A stretch of DNA of 64,000 bases. Source: an uncultured Gemmatimonadales bacterium. Its GTDB lineage: Bacteria; Gemmatimonadota; Gemmatimonadetes; Gemmatimonadales; Gemmatimonadaceae. Made by a program: the position numbers and the translations under genes. The notes under the pieces are model-generated. The model saw nothing but the letters and a program-made list of their open reading frames with translations. It did no database searches and was not told the DNA's origin. Where the stretch lies: positions 2,336,001 to 2,400,000 of the forward strand of contig CAWKMU010000003.1 of NCBI GenBank assembly GCA_963850905.1, read 5' to 3'. Below, one piece after another: positions 39,774 to 50,882 of the stretch (its first letter is position 1; each line of letters starts with the position of its first letter).

Positions 39774-42768
39774 ATGCACAGACTCGTTCGGCGCAGAGGA
39801 CACTGTCGGGTCATGGCACTCTGTGTCGCCGCGGCTGTCGCTAGTGGATTGGCGAGCAGCGCGGGGGCACAGACCAGAATCACGGGACGGGTTGTGGACC
39901 CTGACAATGCCCCGATTGGGACCGCGCAGGTCCAAGTGACCGGCACCACCATCGGCACCAACAGCTCGGATAGCGGCACCTTCACGCTGCAAGTCCCGGC
40001 CGACGGAAAGACCCTCACCGTCCGTCGCATTGGCTTCCTGGGGAAGACGGTGCCCATCACGGCTGGGCAGACGAGCTACACGATTACGCTCACGCGCGAC
40101 GTGCTGCGTCTCGAGGCGCAGGTCGTGACGGGCGTCGCGACGACGGTGTCGTCGCAAGAGCTCCGCCAACGACGTCGCAGTCGTCAACACCCAGGCGGTC
40201 AACGAGGTGCCCGCGCCTACGATCGAGAACGCCATTCAGGGGCTCGTGCCCGGAGCGCTCATCTCGCAGAACAACGGTGGTGAGCCCGGCGGGGGCATGC
40301 AGATCCAGATCCGCGGGGTCACGTCGATCAATCGCCAACGCCTCGCCGCTCTACGTGATCGACGGCGTGATCATGTGACAACGACCAGGCCAGGAGCCAG
40401 GGAACAACGCGATCACGTTCTCGACCGATGGCGGCGTCCAGCAGGACCCGACGGACCTCGGCACGAACCGGATCGCCGACTTCAATCCGGAAGACATCGA
40501 GTCGATCGAGGTCCTCAAGGGCGCGTCCGCCTCGGCGATCTACGGATCGCAGGCGTCGGCGGGCGTCGTCATCATCACGACGAAGCGGGGCAGGGCGGGA
40601 AGCCCGCCTGGAACTTCTCGCAGAAGGTCGGCCACTTCGAGGCGGCCGCACACGATGAACATTCGCCAGTTCCCCACGCTGGCGAGCGCGCAGGCATGGT
40701 ATGTGAACGACGTCAAAGGCGGCGCTACCGGGTCGGCGCTGGCGGCTGACAACGCGTTCATTCAGGGCATCTACGCGGGCAACCAGGAGTACCAGACTCA
40801 GCTCTTCGGCAGCAAGCAAGCGTCCTACGAGACGGACTTGAGCGTGAGTGGGACATCTGGGCCAGACGCAGTACTTCCTCTCGGCGCTGTCCAAGTTCGA
40901 CAACGGCTCGCTGCTGAATACGGGATACAACAAGCAGTCGATCCGGTCCAACGTCACGCAGCAGATCGGCAGCCATCTGTCGGCCACGGCCAACCTGTTC
41001 TACGCCCACTCGACCTCGAATCGCGGCATCACGGGCAACGACAACAACGGCATCAGCCCGTACGACGTGTTCTGGTATACGCCCGGGTTCATGAATCTGA
41101 ACCACGTGAATGCCGATGGGACGTGGGGCCGCAACTACTTCGGCAACGCGAACCCGTTCGCGGACACGTAAGACATGTCGACGCCGGAGAACATCCAGCG
41201 ATTCATCGGCGGCGGCAACATCAATTGGACAGCCTTACAGCACAGAGCACCAGTCACTGCAGGTCAACGTGCTTGGGCGGGGCGGATATCGCTCACGTGC
41301 AGGACGACGCTCTTCGCGCCATCGAACATCCAGTTCGAGCAGGCGCAAGCCCTTCCAGGGTGTCGCACGACGCAGACGGCCGATAACTCAGTACATCAAC
41401 TACTCGATCAATCTGATCCACCACTACACGGGTCTCTCCTGGCTCGACGCCACGACGTCCGCCGGATTCGTCCGCGAGAAGCGCGGACTAATTAATCCGG
41501 AGACCGTGTCGCAAAACCTGCTCGCGGGCTTGGATAACCCGGCGTCGGGCACGGTGCAGACGAACTTCTACAACAGCACTGCCGCGCACGACCAGTCGCT
41601 GTACGCCAGGAGCAGCTGCTGCTCGCTCGACTCGCGTCTGTCGGTAGCCGCAGGCGTGACGGCGGAGCGGTCGACCAACGATGGCCACATCAACAAGTTC
41701 TACTGCTATCCGCACTATCGCGGCCTCGTATCGCATCCCGCAGTTCGTCTGTTCATCGACGAGCTCAAGCTGCGTGCCGCCTATGGCCAGTCGGGCACAG
41801 CAGCCGCAACTACGGCGTGCGCTACACAGCCGACTCGACCGCGGTGGATGCCGGGCCTGCCAGGCGAGTTCCAGCCGGCTAATTGTCGGCGATCCGAACA
41901 TCTAGCCAGAGTCAGAGACGGAGATCGAGACTGGGCTTCGATGCGACGATGTTCCACTCCCGGGCCCAGTTCACCTTCACAGTCTACCAGAAGCGGGTCA
42001 CGAACCTGTTGCTGCGAAGCGAACTGAGCCCGTCGCGCGGCTACAGCTATCAGTGGCTGAACGGCGGACGAGTTCACGAACCAGGGCGCGGAGATCTCGC
42101 TCAGCGCGACGCCGATTCAACTGCGCAACGGATTCACTGCCGTGAGCACGATCAGCTACTTCCGCAACTACAGCGTCGTGAACTCGTTGGCCGTTCCGTC
42201 GTTTGACGTGTTCTTCGTCGACGATCACGCCAGGGCGTTCGGTCACCGACGTCGTCAACGCGAACTACTCGGGCGTGCAGCCGCAGCTGGGCGATGTGAT
42301 GCCGGATTTCACGATGGATTTCAACCAGGAGATCCACTACGGCCCCTTCCAACGCGCACGCGGTCGTGCAGTGGAACAAGGGCGGGGCGATGATGAACCA
42401 GACGGAGCTTTATTACGACTACGGCTCGCTCTGGGGCGATTCGGCGTACGCGGCGAACTGGGCGAAGCGGTTCAACAACAACGACTACAACTGGATCGAG
42501 GGCGCCGGGTTCGTGAAGTTGCGGTCTCTGTGGCGCTCAACTACACGCTGCCGCAACAAGTGGTTCAGCGGCTTCGCAGGCGGACGTTTCTCGAGCGTGC
42601 GTCTCTCGCTCGAAGGCCGGAACCTCCTGCACTTGTACAACAGCGGTTACAACGGTCTGGACCCCGAGATTGCGTGGCGGCGGCAGCCAGAACCTGATGC
42701 GTAACATCGAGATCACGCCGTACCCACCATCCCGCAGCTATTTCCTCTCACTCGACGTGGGCTTCTGA
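39774..42768 (+). CDS. SusC/RagA-family TonB-dependent transporter, many frameshifts and in-frame stops
   Basis: Signal peptide, N-terminal ITGRVVD domain, plug QIRG..S / NPEDIESIEVLKGASASAIYG..AS.GVVIITTK, KLRAAYG, GDPNI*PE, C-terminal Phe (SLDVGF). Confidence 0.88.
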
Positions 42769-42770
42769 CG

Positions 42771-44373
42771 ATGCCGATTTCTCAACGCGTGACCGGCAGC
42801 CGTCCGGAGCGCAGTATCGCACACGGGCACGGCACACTCTCCGAGCGAGCGTCCTCGCGGCGCACGATCGTGCTTGCTAGCCGCGGTCGCCTGTACAGAC
42901 AGCGCCGTGCCGTATTTCGACGCACCAAGCCGGAATTCCCAACTCGCACAACCGGCATCCAAAACGCGGTGACCGGCTTTTTCTCCGGGATGCGCGTGGA
43001 TGCCTATCTGTATGCGTACATCTCAGCGGGGTACGCCCGCGATCTGTTTTATTTCGTCTGCGCGGCCCCGTCAGTGCTGACGATCCCGCGGGGCTTGGTA
43101 CCGGTCGCACCCGGCAACTTCTTCTTCAACGACACGTGGGATAACGAATATCTGACGATCAGGCAGGCGAACGCGATCCTGACGAGCCTCGCCAGCGGTC
43201 CAGGTTCACGTCGCAACAAGTCGCGGCGATTCAGGGCGTCGTGCAGACGATGAAAGCCTACAAGTTCATGTCCTGGCCGAGACGCGCGACACGCTCGGAA
43301 TCCCGCTCTACGCGATGGACGGCGACCCGACGAGCCCACCGTACTGCAACAAGGACGTGTGGAAGTACATCGTCGCGTTGCTCGATTCGGCGAGGGTAAT
43401 CTCAAGACCGCCGGCTCGATTCCGTTGCCCGTCAACGTTGCCGCCAGGATTCGCGGCCGTGTCATTGCAGGCGGCGCCGAGCACGGCTCTGGGCTCGTTC
43501 GCCTCGTTCAACCGCGCGCTCGCCGGCAAGGCCGGGCTCGAGTAGGCGTACGCCATATGCCAGAAACACGCCGGCCACACATCCAACACCCACGACTGCC
43601 TGGGGGGCCATGGTTCGGCGCCTGCAAGCGGCGGACAGCGCGCTCACAGCGTCGGCGCTGTACAACCCGCCGTGATCGCGCCGCCGGTGGCGGGGCCGTT
43701 CCGCCGGTCCCTACATCGTGTATCACAACTTCAGCGGAGCGTCCGGGCGACATCCAGAACGAAATCTTTACGTCGTATTTCAATTACAACACGACTCTGG
43801 GATCTCCAGTACACTGTTGACACGCTCAACGATCTCCGGTGGCTCAACAAGTTCGCGCCCGACCCCAACCCGGTGCAGGTCGCCCAGTACGCCGGCGTGT
43901 CTCGAGCGCCAAGAACTACGTTCCCTACTCGTCGGTCTCCGCGCCGATTCCCGATCGTCCGGGCCGAGGAGCTGGCCTTGGTGGAGGCGCAGATCCAACT
44001 CGGGCTGGGAAATTTCGCCAAGCCGCTTAGCCTCGTGAACCAGGTGCGAACCCAGGCGGGCGGCAGCAACCTCACGCCGTACCCGGCGACGGACGCCTCT
44101 GGTGGCAACGCGTTCGTGCAGGTTCGGAAAGACCTCATGAAGGAGCAACGGATCTCGACGGTGTTCGGAGATGAGCGGCGACCGGATGATCGCCCTTCGC
44201 ATGTACCACCTCGAGGCCGTTGCGGACACGACGTGGCAGTCTACAGGCCAGGACCCGATTCTCTGGTCGCCGCCGCGAACGGCCACCCGACCGATTACCA
44301 CACGACTATCTCTTCGATACCGACGACAGGAGTACACGGAACGCGGCGGTTCTACACGCTGACATGCCCGTGA
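42771..44373 (+). CDS. RagB/SusD-family lipoprotein, frameshifted
   Basis: Follows susC by 2 bp; ..AAVAC lipobox-like motif; FPIVRAEELALVEA..LVNQVR..AG, KEQR. Confidence 0.8.
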
Positions 44374-45506
44374 GGCTGCCACTTGGTAGCTGGCTGCCCC
44401 GTCGAACGCCGCGCGCTCTGCGCGGCGTTCGTCGTGGGGGGCCTCTGTGCTGCCGGTGTATCTCGGCGCCCAGGGGGCCGGAGCCCAACCGGGCTCCGGC
44501 ACCCTGCACCCCAAGATCCTTATCAGCTACGACATGGAGGGCGTCTCCGGACGCGCTGACGCCGGATTACGTGCTGTTCGACCACCCCGCCCAGTACGCT
44601 ATCGGGCGCAAGGCGCTGACGTCCGACGTCAACGCGGCCATCCGGGGGCTCGTCAAGGGCGGGGCCGGCTCGATCTGGGTTCAGGATGCGCACGGGTCCG
44701 GGAACGTGTACGAGCCCGATCTCCTGGTCAGCGAGATGGACCCACACGCGTCGTTCGATTTTCGGTCGCACTCATATGATCCGTACTCGACCGGTCTCGA
44801 TGGCTCCGTCGACGCCATCGTGTGCATCGGCGCCCACGCCCGGGCGAACACGCCCGGGTTCATGGCGCATACCGTCACCTTCGACGTCGATTTCCGCGTC
44901 AACGATGTCGAATTCAGCGAGATACACCTGATCGCTGCGTCGGCGGCCCGCTGGGGGATTCCCGTGATCATGGGCTCCGGCGATGACGTGCTGCGGGAGC
45001 AGGTCAAGACGGATTTCCCGGAGCTCGAGTATGCGACGGTGAAAACGGCCAAGAGCCATGGCGTCGCGGAGCCACTGGCGCCGGGCGAAGCGGAGCGCCG
45101 TATCGAGGCCGCGGCACAGCAGGCGATGCAAAAATTCCGGGCGGGGAAGTTCCGGCCGTACTATCTGGAGCCACCCTTCGACATTCGCCTCTCGTTCCCG
45201 GATTACGAGGAGGCTGAAGGCGCCGCTCTCAATCCGAACGTCTTGCCCGACGGCGATCTCGCCGTGCGGATCGTGCGCCCGTCCTTCGTCGAAGGGTACG
45301 AGATCGCTCGGCTGTCCATCGGCCTGGCGATCCAGCACGCCGAGATGGCAATGCTCATGCGCCGGCTCGGCCAGGATTCGACAACACGGAAAGCGATGGG
45401 CGAGTTGGAGGGCGGGATCATCGCGCGTTGGCTCGATCCGGACCACGCGCCGGCGTGGGCAAAGACCGGCACCAAAGCCCGCGCCCAGAACGCGCTTTTG
45501 GGGTGA
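44370..45506 (+). CDS. M55-family (DppA-like) D-aminopeptidase with a probable signal peptide, N-terminal frameshifts
   Basis: ILISYDMEGVSG (alternate frame), DVNAAIRG, DAHG, IGAHARA, FMAHT, SGDD. Confidence 0.85.
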   Translation: MRLPLGSWLPRRTPRALRGVRRGGPLCCRCISAPRGPEPNRAPAPCTPRSLSATTWRASPDALTPDYVLFDHPAQYAIGRKALTSDVNAAIRGLVKGGAGSIWVQDAHGSGNVYEPDLLVSEMDPHASFDFRSHSYDPYSTGLDGSVDAIVCIGAHARANTPGFMAHTVTFDVDFRVNDVEFSEIHLIAASAARWGIPVIMGSGDDVLREQVKTDFPELEYATVKTAKSHGVAEPLAPGEAERRIEAAAQQAMQKFRAGKFRPYYLEPPFDIRLSFPDYEEAEGAALNPNVLPDGDLAVRIVRPSFVEGYEIARLSIGLAIQHAEMAMLMRRLGQDSTTRKAMGELEGGIIARWLDPDHAPAWAKTGTKARAQNALLG

Positions 45507-45528
45507 TACGTAGGACACCGAGGTTCCT

Positions 45529-47446
45529 GTGAAGAGCAGAGACTGGAGAGAGGCCGGCACGCAACCCAATCTGCGCGTGGGTTGGTGGCGCCGGTCCGTC
45601 ATGCCGGTGATGGTGGGGATGGTCATGGCTGCGCCGCAGCTCGTCGGTCAGCAACCGGCCGCACCGCCCGGACCGCCGCCAGGTTACACCAAGCAGGACT
45701 CGATGATCGCGATGCGCGACAATGTGCGGCTGCACATCGCGATCTACACGCCGACCGATGCCCAAGGCCCGCTGCCGATCATGTTCCTGCGTACGCCCTA
45801 CGGCATCGACGGGTACGCTCAATGGTTCGACAACTATCTCAAGGAGCTCGCGGCCGACAAGTACATCTTCGTCTTCGAGGACATTCGCGGCCGGTACGAG
45901 TCGGAAGGGCAGTTCGTGATGCAGCGGGCGCCGGCCCACCGGAAAGACCCCAAGGCGGTCGACGAGAGCACGGACGCGTACGATACAATCGACTGGCTGG
46001 TGAAACACGTGCCCAACAACAACGGCCGCGTGGGTGAGCTCGGGATCTCGTACGACGGCTGGACGACGGTCATGACAATGCTCGACCCCCATCCAGCGCT
46101 CAAGGCGGTCTCTCCGCAGGCGTCACCGGTCGACATGTTCCTCGGCGATGACTTCCACCACAACGGCGCGTTCCGGTTGAGCTACGGCTTCGAGTACGCA
46201 TCGTCGATGGAAACGCCCAAAGGCCAGCCCCGATTCACCTTCGACCAATACGACACCTACAGCTGGTATCTCGGCCTCGGTCCGCTCTCGACCGTCGACG
46301 CGAAGTATCTCCACGGGAAGATCCCATCCTGGGAAGATTTCGTGAATCACCCGAACTACGACGAGTTCTGGCAGCGGCAGACGGCGTTGCCCTACCTCGA
46401 CCGCGTGAATGTGCCGACGCTGAGCGTCGCCGGCTGGTGGGATCAGGAAGACTTCTATGGACCGATCACCATCTACGAGGCGCTCGAGAAGCACGATACC
46501 GAGCACAAGAACTTCCTCGTCGTCGGCCCGTGGTATCATGGCGGCTGGGGGTTCGAGGCCGAGGGAAACAAGCTTGGGGCGATCGACTTTGGCAGCCCGA
46601 CGGCGGCGTATTTCCGCTCGGAGATCATGGCGCCCTTCTTCGCCTATTATCTCAAGGATCGCGGCACCGGGAAGTTCCCGAAGGTCAGGACCTTCGAGGC
46701 CGGCACGAACAAATGGCGAGAGTTCGACAGCTGGCCGCCGAAGACCGGCGTCGCGAGCGAACATCTCTACTTCACGTCGGCCGGTGGTGCGTCATTCGAC
46801 AAGCCGACACGCGCGGCCGGCGACAGCGGATTCGACAGCTATGCGTCCGATCCCCGGCACCCGTGCCGTACCGACATCGGCCGATCCCCAGAGGCATTGG
46901 GTGGCGCACCTGGCTGGTCGAGGACCAGCGCTTCGTGAACGATCGGCCCGACGTGTTGACGTACGAGACCGCACCATTGGACGCCGACGTGACGCTTGCC
47001 GGGTCGATCACCGCGCATCTGTTCGCCGCCACGACCGGGCAGCGATGCCGATTGGGTGGTGAAGCTGATCGACGTGTATCCCGACACCATGCCGGCCCCG
47101 CAGGCGTCGATGGGCGGCTATGAGTTGATGGTCGCCAACGATGTGTTCCGCGGACGATTTCGTGAGAGCTTACACGACGCCGCACCCGATCACGCCGAAT
47201 CAGGTGGAGGAGTACAAGGTCGACCTCCACACCCAGGACTACAAGTTCCTGAAAGGCCACCGGATCATGGTCCAGGTGCAGAGCAGCTGGTTCCCGATCA
47301 TCGACCGGAACCCGCAACAGTACGTGCCCAACATTTTTGCAGCGACGGACGCCGACTACCGCGTCGCACGCGAGCGGGTCTACCGCAACGGCGCACAGGC
47401 ATCGTATCTCGACCTACCCGTCGAGACCGGCACGACCACGCAGTAG
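45529..47446 (+). CDS. CocE/NonD hydrolase, alpha-amino acid ester hydrolase-like, frameshifted
   Basis: RTPY, GISYDG, DDFHHNGAFRL, WDQED, GPWYHG, DWVVKLIDVYP, QSSWFP; start may be ATG 45601. Confidence 0.92.
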
Positions 47447-47483
47447 ACGCGGCGCACTCGTCCAGTTCCCCCGAGGAGGAATA

Positions 47484-49403
47484 GTGTCACTTGGTCCTTC
47501 ACGTCCCGTGCGCCGCATGGGCGCCACCGTTGCTGTCCCCGGCGCGTGGCTCACGCTACTCGTCGTGGCGAGCCTGGTTGATTCGGCGTACCTCCGCAGT
47601 CAACAACCGGTCGGTCCGCCGCCCGGGTACAGCAAGCAAGACTCCATGATCGCGATGCGCGACCATGTGCGTCTGCACGTCGCGATCTACACGCCAATCG
47701 GTGCGTCAGAGCCGCTGCCCATCATGCTGCTGCGCACCCCATACGGCATCGATGGCTATGCAGCGGAGTTTGGCAGTTACCTCAAGGAGCTCGCTGCCGA
47801 CAAGTACATCTTCGTGTTCGAGGATTTGCGTGGCCGGCACGAGTCGGAAGGCCAGTTCGTCATGTTACGGCCGCAGCGCAACCCGAAGGACCCGGCGGCC
47901 ATCGATGAGAGCACCGACGCGTACGACACAATCGACTGGCTCGTGAAGCACGTACCGAATAACAATGGTCGCGTCGGCGAGTTGGGCATCTCCTATGATG
48001 GGTGGACGACGGTCATGACGACGCTCGATCCGCATCCCGCGTTGAAAGCGGTGTCGCCACAGGCATCGCCGTCCGACATGTTCATCGGCGACGATTTTCA
48101 CCACAACGGCGCGTTCCGGCTGAGCTACGGCTTCGAGTATGCGGCACTGATGGAAACCGGGAAGGACCAGGAGATGTTCGCCTTCGACAGGTACGACACC
48201 TACGACTGGTACCTGCGACTCGGCCCGCTGTCAACGCCGACGCGAAATACCTGCACGGCAAGATCCCGATCGTGGGAAGACTTCGTGAACCATCCTAACT
48301 ACGATGCGTTCTGGCAGCGGCAAGGCGTGCTGCAGTTCCTCGATCACGCGACTGTGCCGACCCTGAACGTCGCTGGGTGGTGGGACCAGGAAGACTTCTA
48401 CGGACCCGTCACTATCTACGAGGCGCTGCAGAAGCACGACGCCGCGCACAACAATTTCCTCGCGGTTGGCCCCTGGAACCATGGAGGCTGGGCCGATTCT
48501 TCTGGACAGAAGCTCGGCGACATCGACTTCGGCAGTCCGACATCGGACGATTTTCGTCGAAATGTCATGGCGCCGTTCTTCGCCTACTATCTGAAGGGCC
48601 GTGGCCCAGGCGGTTTTCCCGGCGCGGTGACGTTCGAGGCGGGCGCGAATAAGTGGAGGCACTTCGACAGTTGGCCACCGAAGACGGGCGTGACGCCGGA
48701 GCGCCTCTACTTCCAGGCGAACCACGCCGTGTCATTCGACGTACCGAAGGCCGCCGCGAGTGATAGCGGGTTCGACAGCTACGTCTCGGATCCCTTCCAT
48801 CCGGTGCCCTATCGCCGCCGTCCGATTCCGCCGACCTACATCCCAGGCGGATCCGGGTGGACGACATGGCTCGTCCAGGACCAGCGCTTCGTCGATGGCC
48901 GGCCGGATGTCCTGACGTACGAAACTCCGCCCCTCGATCACGATGTCACGATGCTGGGTGCGATCACGGCCCATCTGTTCGCCGCGACGACAGGGTCAGA
49001 CGCGGATTGGATCGTGAAGTTAATTGACGTTTATCCGGACACGGCGCCAACCGGCATGAAAGCGTCGTATGGTGGCTACGAGCTCATGGTCGCCAACGAT
49101 GTGCTTCGTGGGCGCTTTCGCAACGGCTACATCACGCCACAACCGATCGCACCGGGCCAGGTGGACGAGTACAAGATCGATCTGCATACGCTGGACTATC
49201 GGTTCTTGAAGGGCCACCGAATCATGGTACAGGTGCAGAGCACCTGGTTTCCGATCATTGATCGGAATCCGCAGCGCTACGTGGCCAGCATCTTCGCTGC
49301 GAAGGATGCCGACTACCAGATCGCACGCCAACGCATTTATCGGAGCGGCGCCCACGCGTCGTACCTCGAATTGCCCGTCGAAACGGGTACGACGACGCAG
49401 TGA
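47484..49403 (+). CDS. CocE/NonD hydrolase, alpha-amino acid ester hydrolase-like, second paralog
   Basis: Same motifs as the first copy (GISYDG, WDQED, GPWNHG); short compensating frameshift near 48235-48270. Confidence 0.93.
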   Translation: MSLGPSRPVRRMGATVAVPGAWLTLLVVASLVDSAYLRSQQPVGPPPGYSKQDSMIAMRDHVRLHVAIYTPIGASEPLPIMLLRTPYGIDGYAAEFGSYLKELAADKYIFVFEDLRGRHESEGQFVMLRPQRNPKDPAAIDESTDAYDTIDWLVKHVPNNNGRVGELGISYDGWTTVMTTLDPHPALKAVSPQASPSDMFIGDDFHHNGAFRLSYGFEYAALMETGKDQEMFAFDRYDTYDWYLRLGPLSTPTRNTCTARSRSWEDFVNHPNYDAFWQRQGVLQFLDHATVPTLNVAGWWDQEDFYGPVTIYEALQKHDAAHNNFLAVGPWNHGGWADSSGQKLGDIDFGSPTSDDFRRNVMAPFFAYYLKGRGPGGFPGAVTFEAGANKWRHFDSWPPKTGVTPERLYFQANHAVSFDVPKAAASDSGFDSYVSDPFHPVPYRRRPIPPTYIPGGSGWTTWLVQDQRFVDGRPDVLTYETPPLDHDVTMLGAITAHLFAATTGSDADWIVKLIDVYPDTAPTGMKASYGGYELMVANDVLRGRFRNGYITPQPIAPGQVDEYKIDLHTLDYRFLKGHRIMVQVQSTWFPIIDRNPQRYVASIFAAKDADYQIARQRIYRSGAHASYLELPVETGTTTQ

Positions 49404-49471
49404 TCGGCTTGACATCAGTCCCAGCCAGACGCGCAGCGTCGTCGACACGAGGGCCGTAACGACGTTACACC

Positions 49472-50842
49472 GTGTCAGCACGCTGCGTGGGCGTTCCGTC
49501 GCTCCGATTCGGAGCGGTTTCACGCTACTCGTCCTCGGGGTCGCCATGGGCGCATGCGGGACCGCCCGGTCGGCGCCGGCATCGCCAAGCGTCACCAACT
49601 GGGCGCGGGCGCACGCGATTCGGGTCCCTGCAGTCGACCAACCAAACGCCGATTCCTCATTCGGCTTTCTCGACTCGCTGGTCGGTTCAGCACGCATCCT
49701 CGCGCTTGGCGAGTTGATTCACCGCGGCCACGAGCCTCTCGAGTTCCGCAACGAGGTGATTCGCTATGCGGTCACGCATCTGGGATTCACCGCCGTGGCG
49801 CTGGAGTCGGGTTTCACCGAAAGCGCCGTGGTCGACAGCTTCATTCACGGCGGAGCGGGCAACGTCGACAGCGTGCTTCGCGCGGGGCTCAACTGGAACT
49901 TTTCGACACTCCCAGAGAATCGTGAGCTCGTGCAGTGGCTTCGCGAGCACAACGCGCATGCTGCTCACCAGGTCCGCTTCTATGGCTTCGATCTCACCGG
50001 AGGCGACCCCGCCAACAAGGCCGATCTCTACCTCGGCGCGCCCAAGGCCATTTCGGCGGCGTTGACGTACATGATCGCGGTCTCGCCGCACTCCGCCGGC
50101 GATTTCAGGTCGGGCCTCGCTCCGCTCATTCTGCGATTCACTCCGCTGCGCTTTAAGGAGTACACTCCGGGAGAGCGGCGTCGGCTGACGAACCTCCTCG
50201 ATAGTCTGTATCGCACGCTCGTCGCCGACTCAGCGCACGATGTGCGCGCCAGCTCAGCGGTGGCATACGCGCGCGCGGTGCGGAATGCGTGGACCGCGCA
50301 ACGACTCAATGAGCTCCTCGGGATGTCGGCATCGGAATTGGCCGACTCCGCAAGGCCGCGGAACATTCTTGCGCGACTCGCTGATGGCCGAGAACGTCCG
50401 CTGGATCGTGCAACAACACGCAGATGGGCGTGTGCTGGTATGGGCTCACAACGCTCACATCATCAACGCCCCGACGACCGTTTGGGAGTTGGGACCTAAC
50501 GGGCAGGGCGTGCCCGTGGGTCCGGAGTATCGAATGGCAGGGCAATATCTGCGTGAATGGTACGGCAATCTTGAGGTCATTATGCTGTCGACGACATCGA
50601 AGACGGTTGGCTTCAACGGCAGCCCGTCGGATCCCGGCAGCTTCGACGCGGCGTTGGCGCCGATCGGCATCTCACCGTTCGTGCTCGATCTACGAGCGAG
50701 CGATGATCTTCCGCCGGTCCGGGCACAACTGGCGCGGCCATGGCCATTCAGAGTGCACACGATGTTTCAACGCATCGTCCCGCGAGAAGCGGCCGATGCC
50801 ATCGTCTACTTCGATCAAGTCACCGCGACGAAGGATCAATGA
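49472..50842 (+). CDS. Erythromycin esterase (EreA/EreB-like) family lipoprotein, frameshifted
   Basis: GVAMGAC lipobox-like motif; LALGELIH..E, ALES, WLREHN, FYGFD, RDSLMAENV, WAHNAHI; start approximate. Confidence 0.82.
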
Positions 50843-50882
50843 AACAGGCCGAGGGGTTACGGACCGACAACCAGGGGGAAGC

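Noticed and set aside
41169..43545. Stop-codon reassignment or pyrrolysine readthrough in susC/susD
   Set aside because: The stops are of different types, appear to replace different residues and sit among many indels; TAG and TAA terminate normal genes throughout the window.
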